From Dictyostelium discoideum (lineage: Eukaryota): a DNA stretch of 64,000 nucleotides. Position 1 is the stretch's first letter, and the number at the start of each line of letters is the position of its first letter. The position numbers and the translations under genes are program-made. Below, piece after piece: positions 31,797 through 46,362 of the stretch. The notes beneath the pieces were generated by a model, which was given only the letters and a program-made list of their open reading frames with translations, had not been told where the DNA came from and ran no database searches. The stretch is from NCBI GenBank assembly GCA_000004695.1, contig CM000150.2, positions 160,001-224,000 on the forward strand. Direction: 5' to 3'.

Positions 31797-32089
31797 TTTT
31801 TAAAGTAGAAACTTTTATTGGGAAGAATTTAAGTAAAGTGCAGAATGAGGAAATTGAAAAGCTTCTTGTGCATCTTTTCTCATTTTAGCCTTAGAGTCAA
31901 ATTTACTACTAAAATCATTTAATATTGAAATTAATCTCTTTATTAAAGGAACTGAATCTGGGTACCAGTGTGACTCTTCACCTGTTTTACAAGAGTCAAC
32001 AAACTCTTTTATGAAAATATCATTTTGATAATTTTCATAATTAATGTGGCTGAGAAAAAGAGAAAGTAAAGCAGGGGAAAACAGTATTT

Positions 32090-32139
<50 letters not shown>

Positions 32140-32761
32140 TATTTTGTAAATTTTGATTATATTAATTTATACACACTATTTCATTACCAAAAAATACTTG
32201 GCTATCGGAAATATAAACTTTAAGATTGTGGTTTTTTTCACCTTTTGAATAAATGGCTAAACTGTCAACTACTTTTGTTCTTGTGTTACTATCCTTATTA
32301 CTTACCCATTTTGTTAACCTTGCAAAAATATTTTGACTGGTACAATCTTCGTTACTACCACCAGCTTGTTTAATTATTCCAGTAATAAAGAAATTTGAAA
32401 CCTATTTATTTAAATTTATTAATTTTTTTTTTTTTTTTTTTAAAACTATTAATCTGGTAACATACATCGCCATCTGAATAGTATTTACTTTGACAAACTT
32501 TCTGAAGACTTTCGTATTCCAATATGTATGTTACACGTGGGTTTGTGGCTATTTGCACTGTTTCTTGGATTGGTGGAACAGTTGGCCTTTGAACTCTTCT
32601 AATTATTATTCTCTGGTTTTCCATTGGGTTTGGAGCATTTCAATTTCCTAATACATTACCTATTGACAAATTATTAACTGATTCATCTCCGATAGAAATA
32701 TTATTGTTTGTTCTTCTTTGGATTGGTGATTGGTTAAAATCAGGTACATTACCATTTGGTG
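31797..32761 (-). pseudogene. Inverted, 5'-truncated copy of the 3-exon gene at 1143-2112. It has an in-frame stop (GCA to TGA) in exon 1 and is cut in exon 1 by a MITE terminus at 32762.
   Basis: The reverse complement matches 1190-2235 at over 95%. ORF 32406..32624(-) reproduces ...MENQRIIIRRV(Q)RPTVPPIQETVQIATNPRVTYILEYESLQKVCQSK. Confidence 0.6.
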
Positions 32762-33135
32762 CTACACAGCGAAGAAAAAACCACCTTTAAATTCGCTTTA
32801 AATTAAATTTAAATTTGCTTTAAAGTCCTGAATTAAAGCAATTTTAAAGGTAATTTTAAAGGTAATTTTTAAGGTTACTTTAAAATCACCTTAAAAATTA
32901 CCTTTAAAATTACCTTTAAAATTACCTTTTTAATCGCTTTAAAAGCGAGGTCCTGAGTTCGAAGCCGTTATTTAACGGATAAATTTTTTAAAATTTTTTT
33001 TTTTAATTTTTCAAAAATTACCAAAAGGGATTCGATCCCCTGACCCTCTATTAAAGGGTAGTCTCATCAACCATTACACCATTTGATTGCTTTGATGAAA
33101 ATTTAAAAATGATAGAATATTTTATCCCCATTTTT
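32762..33135. mobile_element. Fragment of the MITE-like element (terminus CACAGCGAAGAAAAAACCACC at 32762) carrying the tRNA-like module on the minus strand.
   Basis: Reverse-complement match to 20860-21191. Confidence 0.6.
33018..33090 (-). ncRNA. tRNA-like pol III module (73 nt), the probable target of the adjacent TRE5-A insertion.
   Basis: Minus-strand sequence GCAATCAAATGGTGTAATGGTTGATGAGACTACCCTTTAATAGAGGGTCAGGGGATCGAATCCCTTTTGGTAA followed by TTTTT. The TRE5-A A-module starts about 48-51 bp upstream of its 5' end. Confidence 0.4.
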
Positions 33136-33138
33136 TTG

Positions 33139-33403
33139 GAGATCGAAAAAAACAAACAACAACAACAATCTCTTTTTTTGATTATTTCATTTTTCATATA
33201 AAAAAGACTTAAAAAACAAATAAATAAATAAATAAACTATTTTAAAAAGCCATCTTTTTACTTTATTGTAATTTATTATTTGTTTCGTTTTGAGAATTTT
33301 GCGTAGCAAAATTTTCAAAAAAAAAGCAAAAAATAATCAGATCGAAAAAAACAAACAACAACAATCTCTTTTTTTGATTATTTCATTTTTCATATAAAAA
33401 AGA

Positions 33404-33439
<36 letters not shown>

Positions 33440-35146
33440 GGAACCCAAGTTAATCAGAAAATTTCCAGATTTTTAACTTTTTAAAGAAAAATAAAAAAAA
33501 TAGAAAGAAAATAAGATGAAAATCACAAACAACACCACAAATATTAAGCAACACAAATGCCTACAAAAAATAAGCGAAATTGTGGATAAAACTCAATTAA
33601 AAAAAAAACAATTCAAATACGTCATAAACATCAATCACGAACCAGACGATAAAATAAAAAAAGATTTAGAAAAAAGTTTGGACAAAAAAGATGTTTTAAT
33701 CAAAAGTAATAATACATTCAAAATTCTCACAGACAGTATTAGTACAGTAATCTATTTTGTAAATATGTTTGATGCAGAATTAAAAGGACAATTTATAACC
33801 ACTATAAGACCAAAAAATATGTATACAGATTTTGATTGGTATAAATCACTCACAGAAATAGAATGGGTAATAGAAAATGAAGGATGTAAACTAATTAAAT
33901 TAGAAATTAAAGGCGAAACTCTAATTATCAAAACAGTGAAAAGAGTCGTAGAAGAATTTGACACTATCATTGAACTAGACAATCTAACATTAATTGGACA
34001 CTCCAACAAAGGATGGAGAGATCAAACCTCATTACCAGAAAATCAAGAAGAAAACAAAAATAAAAAACAATCAGATGAACAACAACCACAATCTACATCA
34101 GAACAAATACCAAAACAAGGAAAAAGAACAATCATTATCCCACCAATCACATCCTCATCTAATGATAAAACATTTATGGCCCTAGATGATACAGCTCAAA
34201 AGGTAATAGAAGCATCACTAGAAAACGTAGATGAACTAACAAGAATAGAGAATGAGATCAATACACAATCGATAAACAATCAAGAAATTAAAACAAAATC
34301 AGAAAAACCTATCGAACCACCATCTCCATACAATACACCAATAAAACAACACGGCGAAACAAAGGGACTAACAACGGAAGAAAAACTTAGAGAGGCAAAT
34401 GATATCTTCGACTTCACCAGCCCAAACACTGATGCAATAAGAAAAATAGAATTCCCACTTTCAATCCCTTCAAATCAATGGTTCTTCTCCTCTCCAATAA
34501 AACATATCATGAGTTTCAGCCCAACCTATGGTACACCATCGAAAATTATCGATTCACCAAGTAAATTGTTAAACACACCAAAAAAGAAACAACAAGACAA
34601 AACAAACAAGACCAACAAAACACCAGTCAAACCAAAATTGGGTGAATATGGACAAAAAAGCATAAAAACAAAAATGGATGAAGATATAGACAACTTCAAC
34701 AAGGAAATTCTAAAACAAATCAATAAATCAAAAAACCCCACAAACACACAAGACCAACAACACAACGAACAAAGTAAAGATCAGTTAGAAGACAAAATAA
34801 ACCAGAAACTTCAAAAGGTAGATAAAAATCTACCCCAAATAAAACTATAAAGAAAAACACAATAAGAATAGGTGTTTGGAACATCCAAGGATCCAACACC
34901 ATCCAATCTGCCAGCATAATAAACACCGTTTTAGACAACAACAAGCTGGACGCAGCACTTCTAACTGAAACAAATATAAAAACAAATAAAATTTACTCAA
35001 TAAATCAACAATATAAAAACAAAATAACACACCACGCACCAATTGATAAAACAGGACAAGGGGTGTCACAAATCATCATCAACACCCGCAATAGAACTTC
35101 CTAAACATCTCAAAAAATACAATAATTCACTCAGTACTTTCTATAA

Positions 35147-35201
<55 letters not shown>
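33139..35201 (+). mobile_element. TRE5-A (DRE)-type tRNA-gene-targeted non-LTR retrotransposon, a deletion derivative. It has one and a half copies of the 199-bp A-module (33142-33340, 33341-about 33415), a B-module, ORF1, the first 250 bp of ORF2 (APE-type endonuclease N-terminus), then a poly(A) tail.
   Basis: A 199-bp direct repeat is visible. ORF1 is 33516..34850 (444 aa). Downstream in another frame the sequence reads ...NTIRIGVWNIQGSNTIQSASIINTVLDNNKLDAALLTE (the L1/APE endonuclease start) and then breaks into A45 at about 35150-35201. Its position 48 bp upstream of a pol III module is the TRE5 hallmark. Confidence 0.65.
33516..34853 (+). CDS. TRE5-A ORF1.
   Basis: 444 aa ORF directly after the A/B modules. 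The same N-terminal 62 aa recur at 35246. Confidence 0.6.
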
Positions 35202-35204
<3 letters not shown>

Positions 35205-35446
35205 CAAGTTAATCAGAAAAATAAAAAAGATAGAAAGAAAATAAAATGAAAATCACAAACAACACCACAAATATTAAGCAACACAAATGCCTACAAAAAA
35301 TAAGCGAAATTGTGGATAAAACTCAATTAAAAAAAAAACAATTCAAATACGTCATAAACATCAATCACGAACCAGACGATAAAATAAAAAAAGATTTAGA
35401 AAAAAGTTTGGACAAAAAAGATGTTTTAATCAAAAAGACCCTGTAA
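35202..35446 (+). mobile_element. Second TRE5-A 5' fragment (B-module end plus the first 66 codons of ORF1).
   Basis: 35202-35440 is nearly identical to 33470-33710. ORF 35246..35446 reads MKITNNTTNIKQHKCLQKISEIVDKTQ... Confidence 0.6.
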
Positions 35447-35499
35447 AAAAAAAAAATAAATAAAATGAGATCTAGCATCTCAAGGAGAAGCAAATAATA

Positions 35500-35920
35500 A
35501 TTGCGTTATCCAATTCAAAAAAAAAATATCCCCATTTTTTTGTTCTAAAATTAGATCTTTTTTATTAAAAACCTTAAATTTATGTTTAAAGGAAATTTAA
35601 ATTCACTTTGAATCTACTTTAAATCTACTTTAAATCCTATTTAAAATTAATTTAAAATAAATTTTAAAGGTATTTTTAAATATCTTAAAAATTATCTTAA
35701 AAATTACCTTAAAAATCACCTTTAAAATCACCTTTAAAATTGCTTAAAAAATTATTTTAAAGCAAATTTTAAAGGCATTTTTAAATATCTTAAAAATTAC
35801 CTTAAAAATTACCTTAAAAATGAATTTTTTAAACGCGGCTTTAAATTCAATTTAAATCCAATTTAAATCAACTTTTCTTTAAATTTGCTTTAAAGGTGCA
35901 TTTTTCTTTGCTGTGTAACC
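35500..35920. mobile_element. MITE-like element fragment (inverted orientation) ending in ...AAAGGTGCATTTTTCTTTGCTGTG at 35920.
   Basis: Reverse-complement match to 19600-19990, including the ggggataaaatattct and subterminal repeats. Confidence 0.6.
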
Positions 35921-35958
35921 AATCATTTGGTACTACAAATAATAATAATTTATTATTT

Positions 35959-36984
35959 TTATTCATTTCCAATATAATTTTCTATATCCAGCATTATAGA
36001 ATAATCTTTCTTGTTTTGACACTGCATACTATCAGTGAATATTCTAAGTAAAACAATTTTATTTTTATTTTTATTTTTTAAATCTTTAAATTGTTGACCA
36101 CTTTTATAATTTGTATAAATTCCAGTTTCAAAATCTGTATCAAAATCTATTCTTTCAAAAAATTGCTTTTTATTTAATAAAGTTTCTAATACTTTTTTAA
36201 TTTCAAAATAAAAAATTGAGTGATCATAATTTTTATTTATAAATGTTTCTCCTTTTATTTGAAAATCTTCCATAAATAATTTATCCATATATTGAGGTGT
36301 GTATCTTATTTGATTTAAATTGGTTTTATTTTTGTCAATAAAACTTTTAAATTTTTCAAGTAGCTTTAAACTTATTGAGTTTTCAATTCCCAACATTAAA
36401 AATTCAATTTCAGTTTCATTTAATTTTTTTTTTGATTTTTCATTATCTAAATTATTATTTAGATTATTATTTATTGGTTCGTTTTGAGCATTTTCATTTT
36501 CATTATTTTCATTATTTTCATTATTAATGTTTGCTTCATTTTCATCTATTCTAATTTCATTGTTTTCATCTTCACTATGTACCAACCCAATTATATCATG
36601 ATTTTCTTCATTATCAATTGTTTGATTGTTTTCATTATTTTCATTATTTTCTTGATAAAAAATTTCATCTTGGTTTTGGTTACATAAATGTTTACATGGG
36701 TCATCTGGATCATTTGTTGGATATTTTATTTTTTCACCAGTAATATCCATTAATTTTTTATAAAAGCTATCTCTTTTTTGATTATTTGTAATAATTTTAT
36801 TTTGTTCATTTTTACATTTTTTGGTGTTGAAATGTCCATTTACATCATAAAATTGTTTATAAGAACGGTAATATGCAAGACAAAATGGACATATATTTTT
36901 ATGCATAATATAATGAATAATAATATTTTTAAAATTCTTTAATTTTTCTCTGCAATTAATGCATGATATGTTATTTAAATTCAT
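35959..36984 (-). CDS. C2H2 zinc-finger protein (341 aa) with an acidic N/E-rich linker. It belongs to a repeated family whose copies abut CACTA-like termini.
   Basis: CINCREKLKNFKNIIIHYIMH (C-x2-C-x12-H-x3-H) followed by CPFC...H. The C-terminal 90 aa are homologous to the pseudogene at 21192-21897. Confidence 0.5.
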   Translation of the reverse strand: MNLNNISCINCREKLKNFKNIIIHYIMHKNICPFCLAYYRSYKQFYDVNGHFNTKKCKNEQNKIITNNQKRDSFYKKLMDITGEKIKYPTNDPDDPCKHLCNQNQDEIFYQENNENNENNQTIDNEENHDIIGLVHSEDENNEIRIDENEANINNENNENNENENAQNEPINNNLNNNLDNEKSKKKLNETEIEFLMLGIENSISLKLLEKFKSFIDKNKTNLNQIRYTPQYMDKLFMEDFQIKGETFINKNYDHSIFYFEIKKVLETLLNKKQFFERIDFDTDFETGIYTNYKSGQQFKDLKNKNKNKIVLLRIFTDSMQCQNKKDYSIMLDIENYIGNE

Positions 36985-37639
36985 TTTGTTTGCTGGCTGG
37001 AAATTAAAAATAATATTTTTTTTTTTTTTTTTCCTCGAGTTTTTACGTTTTTTTTTTTTTTTTTTTTCATTTTATTCAAATTTTAGCATTATAGCAAGTA
37101 GATATATGATTTAGTACTTAGAATTTTATATTTAGAGGGATATACCCCATTTTCAAAAAATGACGGGGAACCTATGACCCTGTCTATACCTTTTTCTTTT
37201 TAAAATATTAAAAAAAAAAACTATAAAATCTGCCCAATTTATTGTAAAACTACACTAATGCAATAATATACATGTGCACTCGTTAATTGTTTATTAATTA
37301 TAAAAAATAAAAAATAAAAAATCTTTTTTTATATGTATGTTTATACTTATAATATAAATATGCAAAACAAATAATTAAATTTTTTTTTTTTTTTTTTTGA
37401 TATTTTTCGCTTTTTGAAATGAGAAGTAAAATTTAAAATAACATAATATAAAACCCAAGGCAACTGAAACACTTATTTATTATTAATTAATAAAAATAAT
37501 AATAATAGAATTCAATTGCCACTGAAACAAATAAATAAAGAATTAAAATTAATTTGGTTATCTTTTTAGTTTTTTTTTTTTTTAATTTTCTTAATTTTTT
37601 TTTTTTTTTATTTTCTTATTTTTTTTTTTTTTTTTTATT

Positions 37640-37920
37640 AAATTTGGAATAAATAGTTATTTTAAAGGTGCATTTTTCTTTGCTGTGTAATTTTAAATTA
37701 CATTAAAAATAACTTTTTTAAATTTATTATAAAGTGATTAAAACATTATTTAAAAACCGCTTTATAATAAATTTAAAAGGTCATTTTTAATATAATTATA
37801 AATGACCTTAAAAATATCTTTAAAATTACCTTTTTAAAAAGCAAATTTAAAGCCAATTTAAAGCAAATTTAAATTGTATTTGCTTTAAATTGGCTTTAAA
37901 GGTGCATTTTTCTTTGCTGT
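37640..37920. repeat. Two solo CACTA-like termini/short fragments in the same orientation (ending at 37689 and 37920).
   Basis: AAAGGTGCATTTTTCTTTGCTGTG occurs twice. Confidence 0.5.
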
Positions 37921-38889
37921 GCAAAAATGAATAATAAAAAATACTACATACATTAGGTTTATTTTTTGCAAAGTCGGAAACAATATTCATATTTTCTTAC
38001 CAAAAGTTTGATTTAAATAAATAAATTTATTAATTGAACTAAGATTATCACTAAGATTTAATACATTTAAAAAAAAAAAATTAAAAAATATAAAAAAAAA
38101 AGTTTTTATTTTTTATTTTTTATTTTTTTTTTTATCAGGAAAAAAAATAAAACAAATAATAATAACAATACTAGTAATCAATATAAAATCAATAAATTTT
38201 ATTTAAATAGAAATGAAATATTAAAATTATACCACTAGATTTTTTTTTAAAAAAAAAAAAAATAAAAAAATAAAAAATAAATAAAATAAAAAATAAATAA
38301 AAAAAAAACAAGAAAAACCATCAATAAAATGACATTTAAAACAAAATGAAATTTCAAAGAGAATTAAAAATGAAAATTAAAAAGTATTCCTGTAAAAATG
38401 GAATTTAATTTTAATTTTAATGGTATTAAAATGTTATATCTTGATTTGATTGGTCACAGCAAATGATATAAAATATATTTCCAACTCGTTTTTCTTCAAA
38501 ATAAAACAATTAAAAATGAAAAATTATCAAACACTCCAAATTATTTATTATTAAAAAAAAATAAAAAAAAAATTTTAGGAAAAAGAATTATTTTAATTTC
38601 CATTATTTTAATTTTTAAATTTTATATAATTTTGTGTATTTGTGACTGCTCAATTTATCCTATTTATCTGATTTAGATTATTTTTTTAGGTTTAAAAATA
38701 TTTCTTAACACCAACCCAATTATTTATTTGAAATATTTGAAAGGATTTAAATAAGATAACAAACTTTGATCTGAACTGTTATTGTTATTATTACCACTAT
38801 TATTAAAATTGTTTGAATTATCTAGAGGCTACAAAGAATTTTTAAAGATTGAAAAAAAATTTAATATTCCTTCTATTGTTATTTCAAAA

Positions 38890-39400
<511 letters not shown>

Positions 39401-39432
39401 TTATTATTTTTTTTTTAAAATTTAGTAAAAGA

Positions 39433-40556
<1,124 letters not shown>

Positions 40557-41216
40557 ATTTGCTGAAAATTAAAGAAAAAAATAAAAAAATTAAAAAAAAA
40601 AATAAAAAAAAATAAAAAAAAATAAAAAAAAATAAAAAAAAATAAAAAAAAAAAAAAAAAAATAAAAAAAAAAAAAAAAATAAAAAAAAAAAAATTATTT
40701 GATGTTTTGGAACTTGGACTTTAAAAATAATAAAAAAAAAAAAAAATTACAATAAATGTAAATTTAAAAATTACACTTGAAATTCTTATAAAAACAAATC
40801 TATTTTTAAAAAAAAAAAAAAAAAAAATTTAATTTGGGATATTGGTGAGATTTAAAAATTTTTTTTTAATAATATTTTTTTTATTTTTTTTTTTTTTGGA
40901 AAAATGTGAGAATTTGGGAAATATTTTTTATATTGAATAATTATTAAATTTTTTTTTTTTTTTTTTTTCTTTTTTTTTTAAAAAAAAATATTTTAATTTT
41001 TATATATAAGTTATTTATTTGTAAGTTTTTTTTTTTTTTTCTCAAAAAATATATTTAAATTTTTCTAATTATCAAACAAATAAAAAAATTATTAATTATT
41101 TATTATAAAAAATGTTTTTATAAAATAAAATAATACAGAAAAAAAAAAAAAATTTTATAAAAAACCTTTCACATTTAAAAAAAAAAAAATTCTATTTAAA
41201 AAATTCTATTTAAAAA

Positions 41217-41375
41217 ATGTCTCTTAGCAACAACCAAACCCAATTCGTAACAGTTTTCGTTCCAATCCAATTATCAATTGATGTTTTCAGAAAAATGAAC
41301 AACATCAATTCTTTTGTTAATGACAACCTCACCAACTTTCCAATTGTAACTGTTGACCAACTTATCAAAGTTGTC

Positions 41376-41436
<61 letters not shown>

Positions 41437-42154
41437 CTTCAATTTCCAACAATGGCGACATCAACAATTGTTTGGCTACCTTTGAACAAGTCCAAAACAA
41501 TTGTTTTGAAACTTGTGATTTCAAGGCTACAGAAAGGGAGCATTATTTTGCCAGTGGCAAACAAATACAAGAATCAGTTTTGCCAGAAGAAGAAGAAGAG
41601 AAGATTTCCGTCAACAACTTTGCCATGGTTACCGTCGAACCAAACAATTGTTTTGTCAAGGCCCAACAAATTAACTCTGTTGCTCCATTGTCATTGGATA
41701 ATAGAAATTGTGTTAGAAGGGCTCACAGGGAGGTCAATACTTTTGTACAGGTGTTTGATGTTTGTGTTTTTAATCTCAAAGTTGTTAATGTTGCCACCAA
41801 TGAAAGTCAAGTCAATCTCTTTAATGGGGGCAATGTTGAAAACATTTGTTTTGATCGTTCTATACAAATGCCACGTTCATCAGCAGATGATTTTGATTGG
41901 TCGTCACAACAACAATCCTCTTGGTATTCACTTGCTCTCTCCATTATCCCAATTTATCATGAAATTATCATTAGTTCTTTGCAATTGGTTAGTAGTTGCC
42001 TTTTACAAGTATTGGCAGCATCAGCAACAAAAGCAACTACCTCCACATCCACTCAACATCATCGTTCCCAATGTTTCCAAAAGAATTGCTGTAAACCTCA
42101 ACAATCAATTAATAAGTCTTACCTTTACCAACTTCCTAAAAAACATCTTCTTCT

Positions 42155-42242
<88 letters not shown>

Positions 42243-43257
42243 AACCAACAACAACCAATTAAATCTTTCTAAAGAGATTTGTAATGAAAATCTCAATTTC
42301 GAAGAATTTAACTTTGAAGATGAAAGTGTATGCAAGTACAATAGATTGACAAACTCCTGTGAAAATATATCAAAAATACAACAAGTCAATGAGGAATCAG
42401 AATTACTAGATTGGTTCTCTGATTTTGAAGAAATGGATTCAGTTTTATTACAGAACGGAACCGAGTTTGACAATGATCACCCAATGGTAAAGTCACAGGC
42501 TCCATCCATTACTTTTAAGAGTTTGGATCAATTTATAAAATATTTAGAAGAGAATAACTGTGTTGATGATATCGAAGTTTCTCCATGCTCAAAGTCCCAT
42601 ACATTCAATAGACCAGTTTCAACACCACGTCTAATTATTAAACCAACATGGTGTGTCTATGGTGACTCATTAAATACTGAATTCTTCCACTCTTGTCTAA
42701 AGGATAAAACATGTGGTGATATTATTGTGGACCACTTTGAGCCATTGGTCTCCTCACCAACAGACTTTTTATTATCAAATGGTGGCCAAAGAATTTTAGA
42801 TACACCAAATGCTGGTGGTTCATCCGTTTGGTCAGAGGTATTATCATTTGAAGTATTAAATCAAGTTTTTGGTGCACAATTAAAGAAAACTGAAACTGAA
42901 ATTGAATATGCTCCAGGTTCAAAAATTACAGATTTCTCTGTTGATATTAACAATAGTCATATTGGAGTTTCTGTGGTAAGAATAATTAACTTTTTCGATC
43001 TCAATGGAAGAACGTACAAAGCTGTTTTCACACCAGAATATGCTCGAAATCTTTTGTACAAAAAGTTATTTGGTGTCATTGCCTCCACTGAAGCGGTTGT
43101 TGATAAATGGGAAAAACAAATTCTTTATGTTTGGACTACATCTTCTTGTGTCGCCGATATAATTGTTCAAGAATATTGGAAAGTTCCAGCAAAGTTAAGA
43201 TCAAATACTTTAGTTTATGTTAATCATGCAACAAACTCTGAATTTTTATTTTAATAA
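41217..43257 (+). CDS. Hypothetical AAC/CAA-repeat protein (poly-N and poly-Q tracts) with a conserved-looking globular C-terminal domain (about 42300-43254). The frame changes once near the (CAA)n tract at about 42160-42250.
   Basis: ORFs 41217..42272 and 41353..43254 overlap in different frames. The C-terminal 320 aa are low in repeats. Confidence 0.4.
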
Positions 43258-43415
43258 TAAAAAATAAAAAAAATAAAAAAAATAATAAATGTACATTTAA
43301 AATTTAATAAAATAAATATTTATTTTTTATTATTATTATTATTGTTATTATTATTATTATTGTTATTATTATTATTTATTTTTATTTTTAATTTTTTTTT
43401 TTTTTAATTTTTTTT

Positions 43416-44415
43416 TTTTTAATTAGACATTGAGATAAATAAATTCATTAAACGAGGTAAGATATTACCAGACATTGGGAAATCTATTTTACCAGCAAAC
43501 AAAGCAATACATTGAGTTCTAGATTGAAGATCTTGAATGGTTTGTTTACGACCAGCAAATAAGGCACTACGATTAGTAAATTCGTCAAAGTTATTTAGTA
43601 AATGGTATTGTTTAACAATGATGTCAACGTATGCTTGAATGATAGAAGAGAAATTTCTAGTGATATGTGGTGAAAGGAAACGATAATCTTGTACCTTTGA
43701 ATCGATTTCTGATTCAGAGATTGGTAAGATTTCCAAATTTTCAATCTTTTGAATTGCCTCTTGATACTTTTCTTTGTTGTATAGGTCAAAGAAATCGCAA
43801 AGTTTCAATAATTGCTCAAAGGCTAAATAACTGGTTCTTGCTGTTGAGGTTGTTTTTAATCTACCTTGATAATCATTGAATAATTGCTTACCAAATTGAT
43901 ATAATTGATCTCTTTCACTTGAAATTGAGGTTAATAATACCGATATTCTACTATTATAAATCTCTAAAACTCTTGGATACTCTTCAATCATAATCCAAAA
44001 TTCAATTGCACTTTGATATTCATTCTTATTCTCTAATTCCAATGCTGATTGTTCTATAATAGTTCTCCATTGTTGTTTATTTATAAATTCCTATTAATAA
44101 GAAATAAAAAATAAAAAATAATTTTATTAGTAAGTCTATTTTTTTTTTTTTTTTTTTTTTTTTTCAAAAAAATTATCCACAATTTGGAATACTTACAGAA
44201 AATAAAGATAATTCATGAGCAAATTTAAAACCATTTGGAGATGATACTACAAGTTCAGAAATTTCTTGGATTTTAATATCATTATCAGCAATTAAAAGGT
44301 AATAGAAAAAAGCCTCTCTATTCTCTTCAAAGGAAAATATTTTTGTGTATTGTTTAATCATTTCTACCAAATGAATTGATTTGGAAGTTTGATCGTAAAT
44401 TTCTTTTTGTTGTTC

Positions 44416-44453
<38 letters not shown>

Positions 44454-45013
44454 GATTTTGTTGGTAAGTCATAGTGTTTGTATTGGTGGTGCTTTTATTG
44501 AATTTATTGATTTCATCAACATGTTTATTATTGATACCACTATTTGAGGTTCTCAAAAGTTTATAATAATCTAATGCGATTGCTAAATGTAAAGAATCAT
44601 CGGGACAAAATTGATAAAGACTAACGATTGCATCTTCAAATTGTAACGATACCAAAAGTAATTGAAATATTTCCAATGTTTCATAGTTATTTCTATTTTT
44701 TTCAATTGAATTTTTAATATCATTTTGTAAGGACTCTAACAATGAAATCGCTGAATCATTAGTTGGTTCAATGGTGATTCTTTCCCTTATGAAATTTAAT
44801 CTCCACCAAATATAATCTTGAATAGATGTGATCACTTGTTGTTTTGTTGAGTTTGGATCATTACAAGATAAAAGATTAAATACAGAGATCTTAAACACAT
44901 CTTTACTCTCTGTTTTAGCTGTATTAAATTCTCTAGTCATTCTATCTCTTTGGTCTTTATTTATTGATGTATTATTAGTAGTAGTTGGTAATGAAGATTT
45001 TTGTTGTTGTTGC

Positions 45014-45050
<37 letters not shown>

Positions 45051-46329
45051 GCTGCTGTTGTTTTTCTTTAAAGATTGGTGATAAAATATCGAAATAACGA
45101 GATCCACATTTTTCCAATGCAAATTGGTATGCCTCTAAGGTATAACCACTACGTAATAGATAGTAAATGATACACCAAATGGAACAACCTTCATAAATTT
45201 CATCAGAACTATCGGTTAATGGTGATTGATTCAATGACTTGATATATGCCACAATAATATTCAGTGGTAATGATACATTTGAATGTTTTGGTAAACGACT
45301 TTCAATTACTTGACTAAACTGAGTCTCTAAAAATGAAATAGATCTCTTTAATAATTGGGCCATAGTTGGTTTTGTGTGATATTTTGTATGTTTTTGAAGT
45401 TCTGTTAATTGTTGTTGTTTTTGTTGTTGTTCCTTTAATTGAGGTGTTTGTTGTTGTTGTTGTTGTTGTTGTTCTTTTAATTGTTGAATATAATTTGTTG
45501 TATCGATTTCACTTGTTAATGTTAATAATAAATTCCAAACATGGGTTACTATAGTAGTGGCAGTATTTGTATTAATTCCACCACCAATATTAATATCTGT
45601 TGAAAGACAGGCATCCATTAATCTATGAACCAATGGGAAACCATAAGATTTTGATTGATCTGCCATGTGAATATCATACTCTTCAATTATACTTGCATAC
45701 TTTTTCATTTTATCTGATAATTTAGTTCTATCTTCATTCTGACCAGTTTGTCTTTGAGAATATATACCACCACCACTACCACCACCAACTCTACTTATAT
45801 TACCACCAATTGAGATTGTTGATGAACCACCAAATTGAGATTGTTGACCATAAGTAGGACGAACACTTTGACCCATAATACTTGAAGATAATCCACCACG
45901 AACGCTTTGTTGAAATAATGATGATGATGATGATGATTGATTACTAGCGCTAGCACCACCAACACTTGGTAAAACTTTAATATGTTTTTGACCTAAAATC
46001 TCCTCTAAATATTTTTTATCTCTATTCCAATCATGAATTGATGTTTGTTCATAATGGGATTGAAACTCTTTTGATGTCTTTTTTTGAATGTCACAAATTG
46101 TATTCAAAATGATATTCTCAAATTGAACCTTTAAATAACCATCAATATCTGTTGGTACTGATTGAACATCTGTGAATGATGATGTATTGATATTAGATAA
46201 ATTCTTTGCTAAAACTTTTGGATCTAATCCATATTTTCTATTAATTTTACTATTTAAATAAAAAATAAAAGGTAAATGAGAAAATTTAAAAAATAAATAA
46301 AATTTTAAGTTATTATTATTATTATTATT

Positions 46330-46362
<33 letters not shown>

